Made by a program: the position numbers and the translations under genes
Notes under the pieces: generated by a model
Seen by the model: the letters and a program-made list of their open reading frames with translations, nothing else
What the model was told of the DNA's origin: nothing
Databases searched by the model: none
NCBI GenBank assembly: GCA_030697645.1
Contig: JAUYPI010000008.1
Coordinates: 4,301 to 68,300 of the forward strand
DNA length: 64,000 bases
Direction: 5' to 3'
From: a bacterium
GTDB taxonomy: Bacteria > Patescibacteriota > Minisyncoccia > Phycocordibacterales > VMGT01
Shown here: positions 19,671-29,319 of the stretch, piece after piece
How the letters are laid out: each line of letters starts with the position of its first letter
How positions within the stretch are numbered: position 1 is the first letter of the stretch

Positions 19671-19832
19671 ATTTTTAATTGTGGAACAATCAAACAAACT
19701 AAAAAAACCACTCTCGCCGTGACTGCGATCGGCATTTTTGCCGTGATTTTGATGGGTGTGCTTTAGTTATGCACAATATATCGTATCGCATCGTTGAGTT
19801 GTATAGTACAATTTGAATACTAGAAGATATCT

Positions 19833-21983
19833 ATGCCTGAGGAAATTCAATCACAACAAACATCGGCGCAATCACCTAGCCAGAATGTCGTCCCCGAAAG
19901 TCAGAGCGACAATCAGGCCGAGCACCGCACCAAAATACGCATTGCGATGGTAGGTTTTGCCTTGTTTTTTGTTTTTGTCATCGGTCTTTTTTGGCTTGCG
20001 ACGACTCCCCAGCAGACCGTAGGCCTGACTCTCTCTTTTGCCGCGGGCCTTTCAATGATTTTCTTGCCCTGCACTCTGCCGCTTGCGTTTGTGATTGTGC
20101 CGCTCACACTGGGGAAAAATCCTAAGAAGGGGCTTTTCATGGCGCTGTCCTTCACTCTCGGGCTCACCATTACCCTGTCTTTATACGGCGTTTTTATTGC
20201 CGCCGCGGGCAAGGCCTTTGGTTTGAAGTCCGATGCCGAGGTGTACGCGGTTCTTCTTGGAGGGACCGCCGCTTTCCTTTTCGGTTTGTCAGAAATCGGA
20301 TTGCTGAAATTCAGACTTCCTTCATATTCCGGAAAGTTCCCGGATTTTATCCAGCGCCAAAAGGACTATGTCAAGACCTTCCTTTTGGGACTTTTGCTCG
20401 GGAATGCCGGGGTGGGCTGCCCGAACCCGGCTTTTTATGTGCTCCTCGGATATATCGCGACAACAGGAGATATCTTTAACGGATGGTTTTTGGGTTTTGT
20501 CCACGGAATGGGTCGCTCTGTTCCGCTTATCTTTCTTGCCATTCTCGGGACGCTCGGCGTGAACGCCCTCGCGCCGGTTGTGAAGCACAAGGAAACGATT
20601 GCGCGCGCCATGGGATGGATGCTTCTCATCGTCGGTGCTTATCTTCTCACGTTTGGCATTTTCGGCCATGATTGGTTTATTGCGTCGGGAACTCACTCGT
20701 CGTGGGAGCAATTCGTCAATAACATCGGAGGAGAGAGGTTTGGTGAAATAGTACTCGAGCACGAGCATCCGCTTATTGACGCTTCTGGTTTTATCCGATA
20801 CGGCAATATGTTTTTCTTGGGCCTTCTTGCGGTGACGATGCTCACGGCGTTTATCGTCAAACGGCCCTCTAGGCGCACGATAAAATGGCTTGTCGCCGTA
20901 TACATGGGGCTTGCGCTTATCATCGGGTATTCCACGGGATGGACATTTACCCTGGGGAGAAATATGCAGGGACATGGAAAAGAAGCTGCAGAGGCTGGTC
21001 ATGAGCACGGAGACATGATGGATACGCGCGACATGCCGAGCGCCGCGTCGCTCGCTGCGCTCCCGCTCCGCGGACCGTCAAATCGTCTCGAGCGCTTACC
21101 TTTCAGCGTGAGTCCTGACGGCTATAAAGAATTCCGCCTCGAGGCGAGCGAATTCCGTTGGGAGTATGCAGATGGGAAATGGGTGCATGTCTGGGGCTAC
21201 AACGGCCAGGTCCCCGGGCCGGAGATACGCGCGAATGAGGGCGACAAGGTGCGGGTAATTGTAAAAAATAGTTTGCCGGATGCGACCACGATCCACTGGC
21301 ATGGACTCGATGTGCCGTGGCAGATGGACGGCGTTGCAGGGGTTACGCAGAAAGCGATCGAGCCGGGCGCTACGTTTACATACGAATTCGTGGCGACACC
21401 GGCTGGCACGCGCTTTTACCATTCGCACGGGAAAGACCACAGTACTGCGGCGCAGCAGATGGACATGGGGCTCTCGGGGGCGTTTATTGTAGCGCCGGAT
21501 TATGGTGATATTGACATAGATTCCCTTCGTGAGTATACGCTTGTACTTGACGAGTGGGACATTCAGGCAGGCGGTGTTAATTCTGCAATCTCGCACATGC
21601 ACGACACGGGCATGATGGGTGCGGTGCCGGACTTCAATACGTTCACTATCAACGGTCGCATTTTTCCATACGTCCCGAAGCTTGATATTAAGAAAGGGGA
21701 GTCCGTGCTCGTGCGCTTTATCAATGCCGGCACTGCGGCATTCCACCCTATGCATCTCCACGGCCACAGTTTTAAGGTAGTCGCGCGCGACGGCTTCCTG
21801 CTTGAACATCCAGAGGAGCGCAATACGATTACCGTAAACCCCGGTGAGACGGTTGACATATCGGTTGAAGGCAACAATCCGGGCCCGTGGCTCCTGCACT
21901 GCCACCACGTGCACCACGCGGCGGCAGGGATGATTACACTCCTACAGTATGAGGGGTATGAGCCGATACAGTCGCTCAAATGA
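19833..21983 (+). CDS. CcdA/DsbD transmembrane domain fused to a two-domain multicopper oxidase
   Basis: TM domain with LPCTLP and GCPNP cysteines; C-terminal HWHG, YHSH, HPMHLHG and HCHHVHHAAAGM copper motifs. Confidence 0.9.
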   Translation: MPEEIQSQQTSAQSPSQNVVPESQSDNQAEHRTKIRIAMVGFALFFVFVIGLFWLATTPQQTVGLTLSFAAGLSMIFLPCTLPLAFVIVPLTLGKNPKKGLFMALSFTLGLTITLSLYGVFIAAAGKAFGLKSDAEVYAVLLGGTAAFLFGLSEIGLLKFRLPSYSGKFPDFIQRQKDYVKTFLLGLLLGNAGVGCPNPAFYVLLGYIATTGDIFNGWFLGFVHGMGRSVPLIFLAILGTLGVNALAPVVKHKETIARAMGWMLLIVGAYLLTFGIFGHDWFIASGTHSSWEQFVNNIGGERFGEIVLEHEHPLIDASGFIRYGNMFFLGLLAVTMLTAFIVKRPSRRTIKWLVAVYMGLALIIGYSTGWTFTLGRNMQGHGKEAAEAGHEHGDMMDTRDMPSAASLAALPLRGPSNRLERLPFSVSPDGYKEFRLEASEFRWEYADGKWVHVWGYNGQVPGPEIRANEGDKVRVIVKNSLPDATTIHWHGLDVPWQMDGVAGVTQKAIEPGATFTYEFVATPAGTRFYHSHGKDHSTAAQQMDMGLSGAFIVAPDYGDIDIDSLREYTLVLDEWDIQAGGVNSAISHMHDTGMMGAVPDFNTFTINGRIFPYVPKLDIKKGESVLVRFINAGTAAFHPMHLHGHSFKVVARDGFLLEHPEERNTITVNPGETVDISVEGNNPGPWLLHCHHVHHAAAGMITLLQYEGYEPIQSLK

Positions 21984-23068
21984 AAAATGAAAAAATCAAA
22001 GTGAAAAATGATACTGTGCAATGCAAAATTTTTAATTTTGCATTGTCGTTATTAGTTTTTCATTTGTACTTTCTACCTTTGTTGGTGTTCGCAAACGGCG
22101 GTGACGCCCATGACACGGCATCTCCACACGACGCGGAGCTTCCACATGTCGGCGTAGGGACCGTCATCGAGGAGATATCTGTGCGCGAGGGACTTGTGGT
22201 GCATATGAGTATAACGACGCCGGTGACGACTAGCATGCCGCTTCCGTTCAGTTTTTTGATCAACGAAAAACCTGGCAATACTGTGGTGCCATTCTACGAG
22301 CTCGACGTGGAGCATACAAGACTGATGCACGTCATCGGCGTACGAAGTGATCTCAATGAGTTCCGCCACATCCACCCGGAGCCGTCGCCAGATGATCCGG
22401 CGGTTTTCAGAATCGAGCATACGTTCGATAACCCGGGTGAGTACAAATTTTGGTCCGAGATAGCTCGCGGACAGCAGCATTTTACTTTTGGCCATCCAAT
22501 GTTCATGGTCACGGGCGATGGCGTCGAGTCCAAGAAAGTGATCTCGCTTGCTCGTAACGTGATCGTCGGCGACTACCAAGTAGCGCTCTCGGTACCGCAG
22601 CGCATTGCTACGGGCCGCGCCGCAGACCTGACGTTTGACGTCCATACGCTCGTTGGCGACGGCATCGCGCTCGAGGAATATCTTGGTGAGCCGATGCACC
22701 TCGTGGCGATCAAGGGAGACCTCAGCCAATTTGTCCACGCGCACCCGACGGAAGCGCACACTCATGCGATCAATACACTCGCACCGGTTGCTCACGCTCA
22801 CGGCCCGACCGGCGACGCGCCCGGCTACGAGCCGGTGAATTTTCATGTAGCGTTTCCCACTGCCGGATTTTACAAGCTCTTCGCGCAATTTCGGCCGCAG
22901 GGGGCTAACCTTGACACAGACGAAACATTGACCGCGACTTTTTGGGTTGAGGTTAAAGACAGTACGCTCGCGCCGGCCACGGGGCAGGTTCTGCTCACGA
23001 CAGTCTCACTGGTGTTGATGGCGTTGCTTAGTGTTTGGGTGTATCGGTATATTCATCGCACGGCATAA
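21980..23068 (+). CDS. Exported His-rich metal-binding protein with C-terminal anchor
   Basis: Two repeated MH(V/L)...H.HP..F..PG.YK.(W/F) domains, signal-like N-terminus, C-terminal TM. Confidence 0.75.
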   Translation: MKNEKIKVKNDTVQCKIFNFALSLLVFHLYFLPLLVFANGGDAHDTASPHDAELPHVGVGTVIEEISVREGLVVHMSITTPVTTSMPLPFSFLINEKPGNTVVPFYELDVEHTRLMHVIGVRSDLNEFRHIHPEPSPDDPAVFRIEHTFDNPGEYKFWSEIARGQQHFTFGHPMFMVTGDGVESKKVISLARNVIVGDYQVALSVPQRIATGRAADLTFDVHTLVGDGIALEEYLGEPMHLVAIKGDLSQFVHAHPTEAHTHAINTLAPVAHAHGPTGDAPGYEPVNFHVAFPTAGFYKLFAQFRPQGANLDTDETLTATFWVEVKDSTLAPATGQVLLTTVSLVLMALLSVWVYRYIHRTA

Positions 23069-23077
23069 AAGCGAAAA

Positions 23078-23169
23078 GTGTATCTCGTATTTTGTAGCTC
23101 GTATCTTGTATAGTTTGTATAAAACTCCTCATACGAAATATAAGATACACAATACAAAATACAAGGCAC
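23078..23169. repeat. Heptamer fold-back element, family D (TATTTTG/TATCTTG)n/(CAAAATA)n
   Basis: Inverted imperfect 7-mer arms; related copy at 34364-34469. Confidence 0.8.
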
Positions 23170-23172
23170 ACT

Positions 23173-23610
23173 ATGAACAAATATCTCATCGTCGGTATTA
23201 TTGCAGTTGTAGTCATCGGCGGCGGCATATTCTACCGCACGACGCTGCTCTCGGAGGATAAGGTGCCGCTCGTGACCGGCGTGGTGCACGAGGTCGCTGT
23301 CGTTGCGAAGAAAAATGAGTGGCGCTTTGTGCCGGAGGAGATAGAGATTAATCACGGTGACCACGTCATAATGACGGTGATTAATGAAGACGACTATGAC
23401 CACGGCATCGCCATAGATTCCTATGGTGTCTCACAGAGAATGCCTGCCAATAGTACAAGAGTCATAGAGTTCGATGCCACCCAGCAGGGCGATTTTCCTT
23501 TTTATTGCTCTGTTCCGTGTGGCGAGGGCGAGGTGGACGGCGTCCTTCGCACCCACTTCGACATGATAGGCAAATTGCACGTTAAGAGTTTAATTTCCGA
23601 GACACGCTAA
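23173..23610 (+). CDS. Membrane-anchored cupredoxin-domain protein
   Basis: N-terminal TM, D..HG and FYCSVPCG..H..M.G CuA-like ligand pattern. Confidence 0.85.
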   Translation: MNKYLIVGIIAVVVIGGGIFYRTTLLSEDKVPLVTGVVHEVAVVAKKNEWRFVPEEIEINHGDHVIMTVINEDDYDHGIAIDSYGVSQRMPANSTRVIEFDATQQGDFPFYCSVPCGEGEVDGVLRTHFDMIGKLHVKSLISETR

Positions 23611-23626
23611 AATTGAATGCGTACGT

Positions 23627-23655
23627 TTGACGGTAGACAGTCGATGTGGTACTCT
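23627..23655 (+). promoter_or_regulatory. Sigma70-type promoter
   Basis: TTGACG-N17-TACTCT. Confidence 0.55.
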
Positions 23656-23686
23656 GCTGCAGGGTGAAAAGAGAAAGGAGGCGATA

Positions 23687-24109
23687 ATGCTAGATATACC
23701 AGTAGTGGTCTCAGGTTCTTTCCGTAAACATTTGGCAGAGATTCAGGAGGCGATACGGCAATTCAGAGCGCTTGGGGTGACCGTGCTTTCACCACAACTC
23801 TCGCCAGCGGTAAATCCTGGCGACGACTTCGTTCTCCTCGAGAGCGACGATACAGACGACCCGAGCGTGCTCGAACAACGACACCTTGATGCGATCGCAG
23901 AGGCGCATCTGCTCTATATTTGCAATCCGGGTGGCTATATCGGCCCAACGGTCGCGATGGAGATCGGTTGGGCGAGAGCGCATGAGGTACCTATCGTTGC
24001 AAGCCACACGCTGGCGGACGTCACGCTCATGCACTTTGTTGACCAGACGTTGCTATCACCGAAGGAGGTGGTTGCGGCCTTCCTCCGCTATCGCAGTGGC
24101 ACAAGCTGA
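23687..24109 (+). CDS. Nucleoside 2-deoxyribosyltransferase-like small Rossmannoid protein
   Basis: SGSF..V.SP..HLDAI..YICNPGGYIG...MEIGWA; AAGGAGG RBS. Confidence 0.65.
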   Translation: MLDIPVVVSGSFRKHLAEIQEAIRQFRALGVTVLSPQLSPAVNPGDDFVLLESDDTDDPSVLEQRHLDAIAEAHLLYICNPGGYIGPTVAMEIGWARAHEVPIVASHTLADVTLMHFVDQTLLSPKEVVAAFLRYRSGTS

Positions 24110-24218
24110 CGGTATCGAACTCACCTATAAATAGTAGCCCGCTCATGTTGTTTCGTGAGCGGGCTGTCGTTATTTTATTCATCGGGATTATGGGCGTTCG
24201 GTGTGGTACACTGTTGTT

Positions 24219-24665
24219 ATGAAAATCACTATCTGCGGGAGTATTGCGTTTTACAACGAGATGCTTGAAGCGCAGGCGGCGCTCGAAGATTTTGGGCATG
24301 AGGTGAAATTGCCGCCACAGAGCATAAAAGACGAGAACGGCGCCGTGATGTCGGTTCAGGAGTATTACGATCTACGCAAAGCAGCCACGACCGACACGGG
24401 CTGGATATGGGACAGAAAGGCGGAGGCAATCGCAGCCCATTTTGAAAAAGTCGAGTGGGCGGATGCCATCCTCGTGACCAATTACGACAAAAACGATATT
24501 TCGGGCTACATCGGCGGCAATACGCTGATGGAGATGGGCGTGGCGTTCTTTTTACGGAAACCGGTCTATCTTCTCAAACAAATCCCCCTACTCTCCTATA
24601 GAGAAGAAATTATCGGCATGAAGCCGATCGTGATCGAGCACGATTTTGCACGCATCAGTGTGTAA
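24219..24665 (+). CDS. Nucleoside 2-deoxyribosyltransferase-like protein (paralogue of the upstream gene)
   Basis: ICGS..GHEV.LP..HFEKV..ADAILVTN..GYIGGNTLMEMGVA. Confidence 0.65.
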   Translation: MKITICGSIAFYNEMLEAQAALEDFGHEVKLPPQSIKDENGAVMSVQEYYDLRKAATTDTGWIWDRKAEAIAAHFEKVEWADAILVTNYDKNDISGYIGGNTLMEMGVAFFLRKPVYLLKQIPLLSYREEIIGMKPIVIEHDFARISV

Positions 24666-24682
24666 CACCGGATGTCGCTAGT

Positions 24683-25852
24683 ATGTCCACTGTTTCTACC
24701 ACTGTGCAGCGTGGCGTCCTGATCGCCTTCGGCGAGTTATTTTTGAAATCCACTGGCGTGCGGCGGCTGATGCTCGGGCGACTTGCGCGGACGATCGAGC
24801 AGCAGCTCAAGAGAGCGGGGATTGGCGCGCATCTTGCGCGCTCACACGACCGCTTTTTTATCCGCCGAGATGAGACGGGGTCTATTGGTGAGATCGTGCG
24901 GCACATCCCCGGCATCGCGTGGTTCGCCGAAGGATACTCTCTTAGAGGTGCGACGCTTGGGAGTGTAGCTACATTTTTGGCCGAATGCGCCGAGGAGTGG
25001 ATACCGAAGAACGCCACCTACGCGCTTGCGCTGCGGCGGGGGGCAGGAGTGACACTCTCGCGCGAGGAGATCATCGAGGTACTCGCGCGTGGCATTGAGA
25101 GGCGTGTTGATCTTTCTTCGCCAGATCGGGAAATTCTCATCGAAGCAGAGCGATATGGGTGGTTTCTCGCCTGCGGCCGAGAGCGCGGAGTTGGGGGTCT
25201 GCCTCTCGGAAGCGAAGGACGGGTCGCGGTGCTTCTCTCTGGCGGGATTGACTCGCCGGTTGCAGCGTATCTTGCGGCAAAGCGCGGCGCGGAAAACGTT
25301 TGGATCCACTTTCACAGCTTTCCACTCGTCTCCCGAAAGAGTATCGAGAAGGTGCGGGAGCTTGCACGGGGCTTCTTGCGCTTTCAGAGAGAACTTCGTG
25401 TACACTTCGTGCCGCTTGGTGACATCCAGCTTCGCGTACGAAGTGGTACCACGGAAAAGTACCGCGTGTTGCTCTATCGTCGCGCGATGATGAAGATCGC
25501 CGAGCACATCGCGCGGCGCGAGCACGTTGGGGCGCTCGTCACCGGCGAGGCGCTCGGGCAAGTCGGCTCCCAGACGCTCACGAACCTCACCATTGTCGAG
25601 CAGGCGACGAAACTTCCCGTGCTTCGGCCAGTCATCGGTTTTGATAAAGAAGAAATTATCGCGCTCGCGCGTCGTATCGGCACCTATGAAATTTCAATAA
25701 AGCCGCAGGAGGACTGCTGCTCACTTTTCGTCCCGAAGCACCCGACCGCCGCGGGGAAGCTCGTAGAAGTCGTGCGCATAGAACGCGAACTTGCGCTCGC
25801 ACCGCTCATCCGTGCTGCGCTTAGCGCGGCAGAAATCGAAACTTTTGTATAG
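24683..25852 (+). CDS. thiI: tRNA 4-thiouridine synthase ThiI (no rhodanese domain)
   Basis: GELFLK, THUMP region, GGLPLG, PP-loop LLSGGIDSPVA, GQVGSQT, EDCC. Confidence 0.95.
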   Translation: MSTVSTTVQRGVLIAFGELFLKSTGVRRLMLGRLARTIEQQLKRAGIGAHLARSHDRFFIRRDETGSIGEIVRHIPGIAWFAEGYSLRGATLGSVATFLAECAEEWIPKNATYALALRRGAGVTLSREEIIEVLARGIERRVDLSSPDREILIEAERYGWFLACGRERGVGGLPLGSEGRVAVLLSGGIDSPVAAYLAAKRGAENVWIHFHSFPLVSRKSIEKVRELARGFLRFQRELRVHFVPLGDIQLRVRSGTTEKYRVLLYRRAMMKIAEHIARREHVGALVTGEALGQVGSQTLTNLTIVEQATKLPVLRPVIGFDKEEIIALARRIGTYEISIKPQEDCCSLFVPKHPTAAGKLVEVVRIERELALAPLIRAALSAAEIETFV

Positions 25853-25946
25853 CACATGTCCAACAGATGTCCGATACCAGTCTGTTTGAGCCTTCAGACG
25901 GTGACTTTGTAACCTATTAGACGTAGTGGTACTCTGGTGCATACGG

Positions 25947-27698
25947 ATGTCCACTACGACCGAACAAATCAAAGAGCGACTTTCGATAGCGGATCTCATC
26001 AGCGGCTATGTGAAGCTTGAGCGCGCCGGGGCGAACTTCAAGGCGCGTTGCCCGTTCCACAATGAGAAAACTCCTTCGTTTTTTGTCTCGCCGTCGCGCA
26101 ACACCTATTATTGCTTTGGGTGCGGAAAGTCAGGCGACGTCTTTACATTCGTCCAGGAATTTGACGGCCTCGATTTCCGCGGCGCGCTGAAGATGCTCGC
26201 CGAGCGCACGGGCGTGGTCCTGGTGGACGAACCGCGTGAGAGCGCGGACGAACGCGCGCGGCTCTTTGCCGCGCTCGAGAGTGCGTGCGTATTTTTTGAG
26301 CAGGGGCTCGGAAGTGCGCCGGAGGCTCGGGAGTACCTCCTTGGACGCGGCCTCACAGAGGCATCTATTACGCACTGGCGCATCGGCTTTGTGAAAGAAG
26401 GCTGGAGCACGCTCCGCGACGAGCTCGCGCTGCAGGGCTTTCGCGAGCGTGAGCTCGAGGGCGCGGGGCTCATCAAGCGCGGGGAGCGTAGTTTTTATGA
26501 CCGCTTCCGCAGCCGGATTATGTTTCCGATATCGGATAGCGCCGGGCGAGTCGTTGCGTTCTCCGGCAGGATTTTCGGCCAAGCGGGCCAGGAGGGTGAT
26601 GCGGCAAAGTACCTCAACAGTCCCGAGACCGAACTCTTTCACAAATCATCTCTCTTGTATGGATTTGATAAGGCAAAACATACGATTCGTACGCTCCGCT
26701 GTGCTATCGTTGTTGAAGGCCAGATGGACTTAATCCTCTCGCACCAGGCGGGGTTTACGAATACCGTTGCGCTCTCGGGAACGGCGCTCACCGACGTGCA
26801 GTGCAAGCTCCTGAAACGCCTGACGGACAACATGATCATCGCGCTTGACGCGGACAGTGCGGGTATTGCTGCAGCGGGCCGCTCCGCTACCATAGCACTC
26901 GGGCTCGGGATGGACGTGAAGGTGGCCCGGCTCCCCGAGGGAAAGGACCCAGCCGATCTCATCAAAGAGAGCCGCGAGGCGTGGAAGAGCGCGATCCGCT
27001 CCGCGATGCACGTCGTCGAGTTTTACCTTACTGTCTTGGAGCAGAGGCATGCGACAGACCGCCGCGCTCTCCGTCGCGAGGCAGCGCGAGTAGTGATACC
27101 GTTTCTTGCTGCGATGTCTGGTGCCATTGATCGTGCGCATTTCATCTCGCTCGTCGCCGCGCGGCTTGCTCTCCCTGAGAGCGCGATCATGGAAGAGGTA
27201 GTGAAGTACCGCGAGACGGCGCGTCGGATTCCGCCGAGTGCCGAGGAGGCGGGAGGAGCAGCGGCAGATGCCCGTGTGGCTGCGGAGTCGGGCAGTACCG
27301 CAGCACCTACTGAGCACGAGCAGCTCCTGCGGCGGCTCGTTGGCATCTATTATTGGATTGCGGATGACGTGGCGCTTGCCGCGCTCGTCCCGGAGTTCGC
27401 TCGCGCGTTTGTTACTGCCCTCGGCGGCGATCGCGAGTTTCGCGAGACAGCGGTGCGTTTTAGCGAGAATCGTGATACGCTTATTTTTGAAGCCGAGCGC
27501 GCGCTCGGTGAGCATCGGGAGCGGCTCGCCGAAGAAAGCGTATCGCTGTTGCGGCGATTTCAGGCCGCGATACTTCTCGAACGCTACGAGACGGTGATCG
27601 CCGAAGTGCGCGCGGCGGAGCTCTCAGGGGACAACGAAGCGCTCACAGAGGCGATGGCTGCGTGCGCGGAGATATCGAAGGCGATGGCGGCGCTCTGA
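25947..27698 (+). CDS. dnaG: DNA primase
   Basis: CPFH.EKTPSF, CFGC zinc finger, KYLNSPET, VEGQMD, DAD. Confidence 0.98.
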   Translation: MSTTTEQIKERLSIADLISGYVKLERAGANFKARCPFHNEKTPSFFVSPSRNTYYCFGCGKSGDVFTFVQEFDGLDFRGALKMLAERTGVVLVDEPRESADERARLFAALESACVFFEQGLGSAPEAREYLLGRGLTEASITHWRIGFVKEGWSTLRDELALQGFRERELEGAGLIKRGERSFYDRFRSRIMFPISDSAGRVVAFSGRIFGQAGQEGDAAKYLNSPETELFHKSSLLYGFDKAKHTIRTLRCAIVVEGQMDLILSHQAGFTNTVALSGTALTDVQCKLLKRLTDNMIIALDADSAGIAAAGRSATIALGLGMDVKVARLPEGKDPADLIKESREAWKSAIRSAMHVVEFYLTVLEQRHATDRRALRREAARVVIPFLAAMSGAIDRAHFISLVAARLALPESAIMEEVVKYRETARRIPPSAEEAGGAAADARVAAESGSTAAPTEHEQLLRRLVGIYYWIADDVALAALVPEFARAFVTALGGDREFRETAVRFSENRDTLIFEAERALGEHRERLAEESVSLLRRFQAAILLERYETVIAEVRAAELSGDNEALTEAMAACAEISKAMAAL

Positions 27699-27776
27699 AG
27701 CTGTTAGCTGATAGCTTTTAGCTTTTAGCACGACGGCGTAGCCTCTCAAAAGCTATAAGCTAACAGCTAAAAGCTT
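27699..27776. repeat. Heptamer fold-back element, family B
   Basis: Fills the dnaG-rpoD spacer; core AGCACGACGGCGTAGC at 27727-27742. Confidence 0.9.
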
Positions 27777-27780
27777 AACA

Positions 27781-29142
27781 ATGGCTACTCTTAAAAAAAT
27801 ATCCAAAAGGAAACTGCCCTCCCGCAGCGGTGCGAGTCGTTTTTTGCGCTCCTCTGCGGTACGGACGCTTCCGAAAGGGAATGTGGGCAGGGGGCGTGTT
27901 CCACCTCGAAGCAGCGCGTTTGGTCGTGCCCGGGGTAGCGTGACGAGTGGAGCGCGTGCTGTGGCAGCGTCGAGCCGCGCTGTGCGCCTCGAGCCATCGC
28001 GTGCGGCGCGTCCGCTAGTGAGGGCAGGGCAGCGCCGCACCACTACGCCGCGCGCGGCGCAGCGGGTGCTCGACCGCGAGGAGAGAGCGGAGCGGCTTAT
28101 AGCGAAGGGTCGGGAGCGCGGGTTCATCGTATACGATGAGATTTTGAAGGAGTTTCCGAATATCGAGACCGACGTCATCTTTCTCGATGAGCTCTACGAG
28201 CGGCTCGCTGCGGCGAGGGTTGACGTGCTCGAGGGCGGTGCCATGCTCTCCGGGGAAGAGGAGGAGCCGCTTCCGGCAACGAAGCGCGGCCGACTTGGCG
28301 GCGAGCGTGGGTATGATTCGATCCAGATGTACCTCAAGGAAATCGGCCAGTACCCGCTGCTCTCGGGGCAGGAGGAGAAGGATCTCGCCAAGCGCGTCGC
28401 GTCGGGGGAGGAGGAAGCGAAGAATCTCCTCGCGCGCGCGAACCTGCGGCTCGTGGTCTCGATCGCAAAAAAGTACGTCGGCCGGAGCGCCGACCTCACA
28501 CTCCTCGATCTCATCCAGGAGGGGAACCTCGGGCTCTTCAAAGCGGTGGAGAAGTTTGACTGGACCAAGGGGTACAAGTTTTCAACCTACGCGACGTGGT
28601 GGATCCGACAGGCGATCACCCGCGCGCTCGCCGACCAGTCGCGCACCATTCGCATTCCGGTCCACATGGTGGAGACCATAGCGAAGTACAAGCAGGTCGT
28701 GCGCCGCCTTGCGCAGGACTTGGGGCGCGATCCGATGAGCGAGGAGGTAGCGCTCGAGATGGGACTCGATGTTGAAAAAATCCGCCAGATTGAGCAGATT
28801 GATCAGAGCACGGTCTCGCTCGAGAGCCCAGTCGGGGACGACGGCGACGATAAGGCCTCGACGCTCGGCGATTTCATCGCGGACGACAAGATTCTCTCGC
28901 CGGATCAAGAGGTCTCGCGCCGGATTCTTGCGGATCAGATAAGGGATATTTTAGGCGAGCTCTCGGAGAAGGAGCGGCGGATCCTTGAGATGCGCCAAGG
29001 GCTCGACGACGGCATCACGCATACGCTCGAGGAAGTGGGGAGGGAATTCGGCGTCACGCGCGAGCGCATTCGCCAGATCGAAGCCAAGGCGCACGAAAAA
29101 ATCCGCTTGCATGAGAAGGCGGAACGGTTGAGAAATTATTGA
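27781..29142 (+). CDS. rpoD: Primary sigma factor RpoD with basic N-terminal extension
   Basis: [56 protein letters not shown]. Confidence 0.98.
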   Translation: MATLKKISKRKLPSRSGASRFLRSSAVRTLPKGNVGRGRVPPRSSAFGRARGSVTSGARAVAASSRAVRLEPSRAARPLVRAGQRRTTTPRAAQRVLDREERAERLIAKGRERGFIVYDEILKEFPNIETDVIFLDELYERLAAARVDVLEGGAMLSGEEEEPLPATKRGRLGGERGYDSIQMYLKEIGQYPLLSGQEEKDLAKRVASGEEEAKNLLARANLRLVVSIAKKYVGRSADLTLLDLIQEGNLGLFKAVEKFDWTKGYKFSTYATWWIRQAITRALADQSRTIRIPVHMVETIAKYKQVVRRLAQDLGRDPMSEEVALEMGLDVEKIRQIEQIDQSTVSLESPVGDDGDDKASTLGDFIADDKILSPDQEVSRRILADQIRDILGELSEKERRILEMRQGLDDGITHTLEEVGREFGVTRERIRQIEAKAHEKIRLHEKAERLRNY

Positions 29143-29284
29143 CGAGAGAGTAGAGAGTAGAAAGTGGAGAGTAGGCCGCCCGTGTAGTACGTGCATGGCA
29201 CAAAGTGCACGGTGCGTGGTACGAGACGAGGACGGCTGTGCATAGCGGTAAGACAAACGGATTATTTTTTGTACGATATACCGG

Positions 29285-29313
29285 TTGACCTATTACGACA
29301 CTCTTGTTATCAT
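29285..29313 (+). promoter_or_regulatory. Sigma70 promoter
   Basis: TTGACC-N17-TATCAT, 6 nt before GTG 29320. Confidence 0.7.
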
Positions 29314-29319
29314 TATGTC

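Noticed and set aside
29175-29262. Possible displaced 5' tRNA half or group I intron upstream of the LAGLIDADG-like ORF
   Set aside because: Only a vague AGCGGTAA resemblance; tRNA-Tyr is complete and uninterrupted; no intron core could be identified.
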